Translations under genes and position numbers: made by a program
Virus record (IMG/VR): IMGVR_UViG_3300048762_000248
Coordinates: 1-54,567 of that record
DNA from: a virus
Direction: 5' to 3' (one strand)
DNA length: 54,567 nucleotides
Part shown: one piece after another, positions 52,122 to 54,567 of the stretch
Layout: each line of letters begins with the position of its first letter
Position numbering within the stretch: position 1 is the first letter of the stretch
The notes under the pieces: model-generated
What the model saw: only the letters and a program-made list of their open reading frames with translations
Database searches by the model: none
What the model was told of the DNA's origin: nothing

Positions 52122-54533
52122 TTAGGAAGACCAAAGTCCAGATCGTTTCGTTGGAGACGATGTAAACCCAAATCCACCTTCGTCAATGGAGCTAAGACCT
52201 CGCATGATGTCATCAGCATCTTTGTATACTTGGCGAGCCTTGGTGATCTGCATTTTTACTTGTGGTTGAGCAAGAATTGTTTCGAGTGCGGTACTAATAT
52301 CAGATGCATCAATTGTCTTATGAGAACCAAGTGCTTTTTTGATATAGATGAAATCATCTTTCTTCGATTCACGATCACGCAACCGCTTGGCAAGTGTTCT
52401 TTCAATTTCACTCGCTTTCTTTGCATCGGTTAATACAAGCTCATGCATGAACTTAAAATGGATTTCATCAGCCACTTTACCAAGAACGTCGCCGGGAGCG
52501 CCGTCCATTAATTCTGCCCACTTAACATAGTCTTCTTCCTGAACGGAAGAGTCAATTGGTAAACCTCTGGTGAGGAATTGTTTGAATAATTTAATGCGTT
52601 CTTCTTTGGTTAACTGACCAACAACATCTACATATTTGAAACGACGCAATATAGCTTCAGGAACAGCTTTGGGGCTATTGGTGAGCGCAACTAAAAACAC
52701 ACCTTCATAACCAATAACACCATCCATCATTTCTTGCATAACGCCTGTCATACGACCACCGTCATACGCAGCGTGAACACCTTCGCCGTAAGTAAAGAGT
52801 CGGTCAAATTCGTCCATTAAAATTCCTACCGGCTTTGTATAACGACTATTACGGCGTAGATCTTTAGCATGGTCATACATGCGCTTAATGTTTTTAACGC
52901 TTTCGTGCATGTACGCTGTTAATAGATCGGCGCACGCCACATTGAATCCAATGATTCGTTTATCAGCACCGATGGCTTTTGCCAACTCAGTTTTCCCGCA
53001 CCCGTAAGGACCAATGAGCATGAGGTTGCTTTTGACATCGCCTCTTGGAGCAGACAGTCGCATGATATTAGGATGCGATGCAACTTTTACAACTTCTTCT
53101 ACATGCTCTTTGGCCTTAACAAAACTGGCACCCACAACATCATCATAATTGATTTTCGGTGCAGGTTGACGTTCTACTTCTAAAGATCCAAGTTGTCCTG
53201 ACCGCCCACAATAAAATTCATTTTCGTCTTTGATATTGCGAGAAAGATTTTTTTGTTCTTCTGTCTTGAGAATGTCGTCCATCGCCTTTTTCAGTTCGAT
53301 GGCTTCTCTAGTCCTAGATGTGGCATAGTCTTCGGTAGTAAGTTCGTACCGATCCATTCCAGCCAATGCTGTAAGTGTTTCCTGAAGATTCAAAAATAAC
53401 TTTGTGCGTGCAACGGCTAGATCGTGATCCATCTTTGTGCGTGGCGCAATATCTTCCGCTGAAGGTCGAATCGACAGGAAATTGATTCGATTATATTGCT
53501 TCACTAATGCATTTGGATCGGAAATTACAAACGGATGATTTTCTCCTTGAACACGAAGATTAGCTTTGTGTACCAATGCATGAAGAGAAGTTACTATTCC
53601 ACCATACACCGATTGAAATTCTTGAATGACTGATAGAATGCCTTTTGTTAATTCATTCGGAGCGTTGATGTATCTCCAGTAAGTCTTATTGGAAATAGAC
53701 ATCAGTATTCCGGCCCAATCTTCAACTTCGCCGTTGTCCAGTAGCTTTGTGGTTTGTGTTTTTCCAGTTGGTTTTCCACGTTTTAGTACGGGAGACACTT
53801 TTTCATAATACTTTGGAAGATTTTCTGACACATCAATGAGTAACTGTGTGAGAACACAGTTGTCGTCTAAAAGCGCAACAGCCGGTCCTGTGTTTTCCTT
53901 TTGTGGAGGTCTCACTCCAAAAAACGACATCATGAGTTGATCTTCAAACATGTCGTTGTCTTGGCTTTGACCCATTGTGCCACCCAAGAACTTCTTCCGC
54001 AATTTTTTATATTCATTGCGAGTTCCTAGATAGATCCCACCAAGCAATTTCTCAAACGCAAGAACAGTATTTTCATACTCATCCATTGCTGCTTGCAACA
54101 AATTGGCTCCGCTTTCTTCAGCCATCATTAGTGATGTGAGATTAGACTTCGAACTATCTAACGCAGGCAATAGTAATTGACTTGAAGTTTCAATAATGCT
54201 CAGGCGATTGTGTGAATCGGAAATGAAGCGGAGAAGAGTTCCCCCAACTTGATTGATGAATTTGAACAAAGACAAATCCTCCAATCCGGCTTTACTTGTC
54301 GGGTCGAATCTGTCCCACAACGGATCAAGAGTGATTCGTGCTTTTTTCAAAACTATGCTGAGTCTGTTTTTAGAGAAACAAACAGCGTCATACAGATCTT
54401 CCAACTCTAACCTGATCGAGCCGTATTTTGCTAAAATTGTTGCGTTGTGTTGATGCAACAATTTCTGTGTTTCGCCTGTCAACAACATATCAAGCGGGTC
54501 GAATGCTTCTTGACTTCCTGTTTTATTACTCAT
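52122..54533 (-). CDS. AAA+ ATPase (classical AAA/FtsH-CDC48-type module) with about 470-aa unknown N-terminal region
   Basis: LIGPYGCGKTELAKAIG Walker A, GILMDEFD Walker B, second region of homology (VFLVALTN...AILRRF). Confidence 0.7.
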   Translation of the reverse strand: MSNKTGSQEAFDPLDMLLTGETQKLLHQHNATILAKYGSIRLELEDLYDAVCFSKNRLSIVLKKARITLDPLWDRFDPTSKAGLEDLSLFKFINQVGGTLLRFISDSHNRLSIIETSSQLLLPALDSSKSNLTSLMMAEESGANLLQAAMDEYENTVLAFEKLLGGIYLGTRNEYKKLRKKFLGGTMGQSQDNDMFEDQLMMSFFGVRPPQKENTGPAVALLDDNCVLTQLLIDVSENLPKYYEKVSPVLKRGKPTGKTQTTKLLDNGEVEDWAGILMSISNKTYWRYINAPNELTKGILSVIQEFQSVYGGIVTSLHALVHKANLRVQGENHPFVISDPNALVKQYNRINFLSIRPSAEDIAPRTKMDHDLAVARTKLFLNLQETLTALAGMDRYELTTEDYATSRTREAIELKKAMDDILKTEEQKNLSRNIKDENEFYCGRSGQLGSLEVERQPAPKINYDDVVGASFVKAKEHVEEVVKVASHPNIMRLSAPRGDVKSNLMLIGPYGCGKTELAKAIGADKRIIGFNVACADLLTAYMHESVKNIKRMYDHAKDLRRNSRYTKPVGILMDEFDRLFTYGEGVHAAYDGGRMTGVMQEMMDGVIGYEGVFLVALTNSPKAVPEAILRRFKYVDVVGQLTKEERIKLFKQFLTRGLPIDSSVQEEDYVKWAELMDGAPGDVLGKVADEIHFKFMHELVLTDAKKASEIERTLAKRLRDRESKKDDFIYIKKALGSHKTIDASDISTALETILAQPQVKMQITKARQVYKDADDIMRGLSSIDEGGFGFTSSPTKRSGLWSS

Positions 54534-54567
54534 TTTTACCTTTTTTTACCAAAGAGAAAAAGCGATC

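Noticed and set aside
1-54567. Exosortase (EpsH/XrtA-like polytopic membrane protein) partnering the PEP-CTERM genes
   Set aside because: No ORF in the window has the required 8 or more TM helices. The largest hydrophobic ORFs are under 120 aa.

Overview
This window looks like part of a large tailed-phage (Caudoviricetes) genome carrying T4-type core replication genes. It has a gene 32 SSB homolog with an adjacent gene 59 helicase-loader homolog, a gp1-like dNMP kinase, dCMP deaminase, PhoH and a PD-(D/E)xK nuclease. The window holds at least seven free-standing homing endonucleases (three GIY-YIG, four HNH). A virion module includes a 1211-aa protein with a C-terminal GH24 lysozyme domain and a T7-lysozyme-type amidase (candidate endolysin). 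Two tRNAs abut head-to-tail, and there is one additional tRNA, a tRNA-like T-arm fused to a long hairpin, and TATAAATA late-promoter-like boxes. Two T4-core-derived inferences are used below: the phage classification, and the reading of TATAAATA as a late promoter. Both assume this phage shares the T4 late-transcription scheme, which the structural genes here do not obviously support. The most unusual content is host-envelope related. Three tandem genes plus one distal gene encode secreted proteins ending in PEP-CTERM exosortase sorting signals. The tandem genes are each preceded by perfect palindromes and share a 16-nt upstream motif. There is also a Lom/OmpX-like outer-membrane beta-barrel. 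Other notable genes are a SpoT-type HD-domain small alarmone hydrolase, two YpsA/DUF1273 SLOG-domain paralogs (one split), and a 2H-phosphoesterase-like protein. The list continues with a Pol-beta-type nucleotidyltransferase, peptide deformylase next to a large AAA+ ATPase, a PTH2-type peptidyl-tRNA hydrolase, and several DnaJ-type CxxCxGxG mini-proteins. All functional calls come from by-eye motif recognition in the supplied translations and none was confirmed by a search. Start codons of many small ORFs are uncertain because the ORF track appears to accept GTG/TTG starts.
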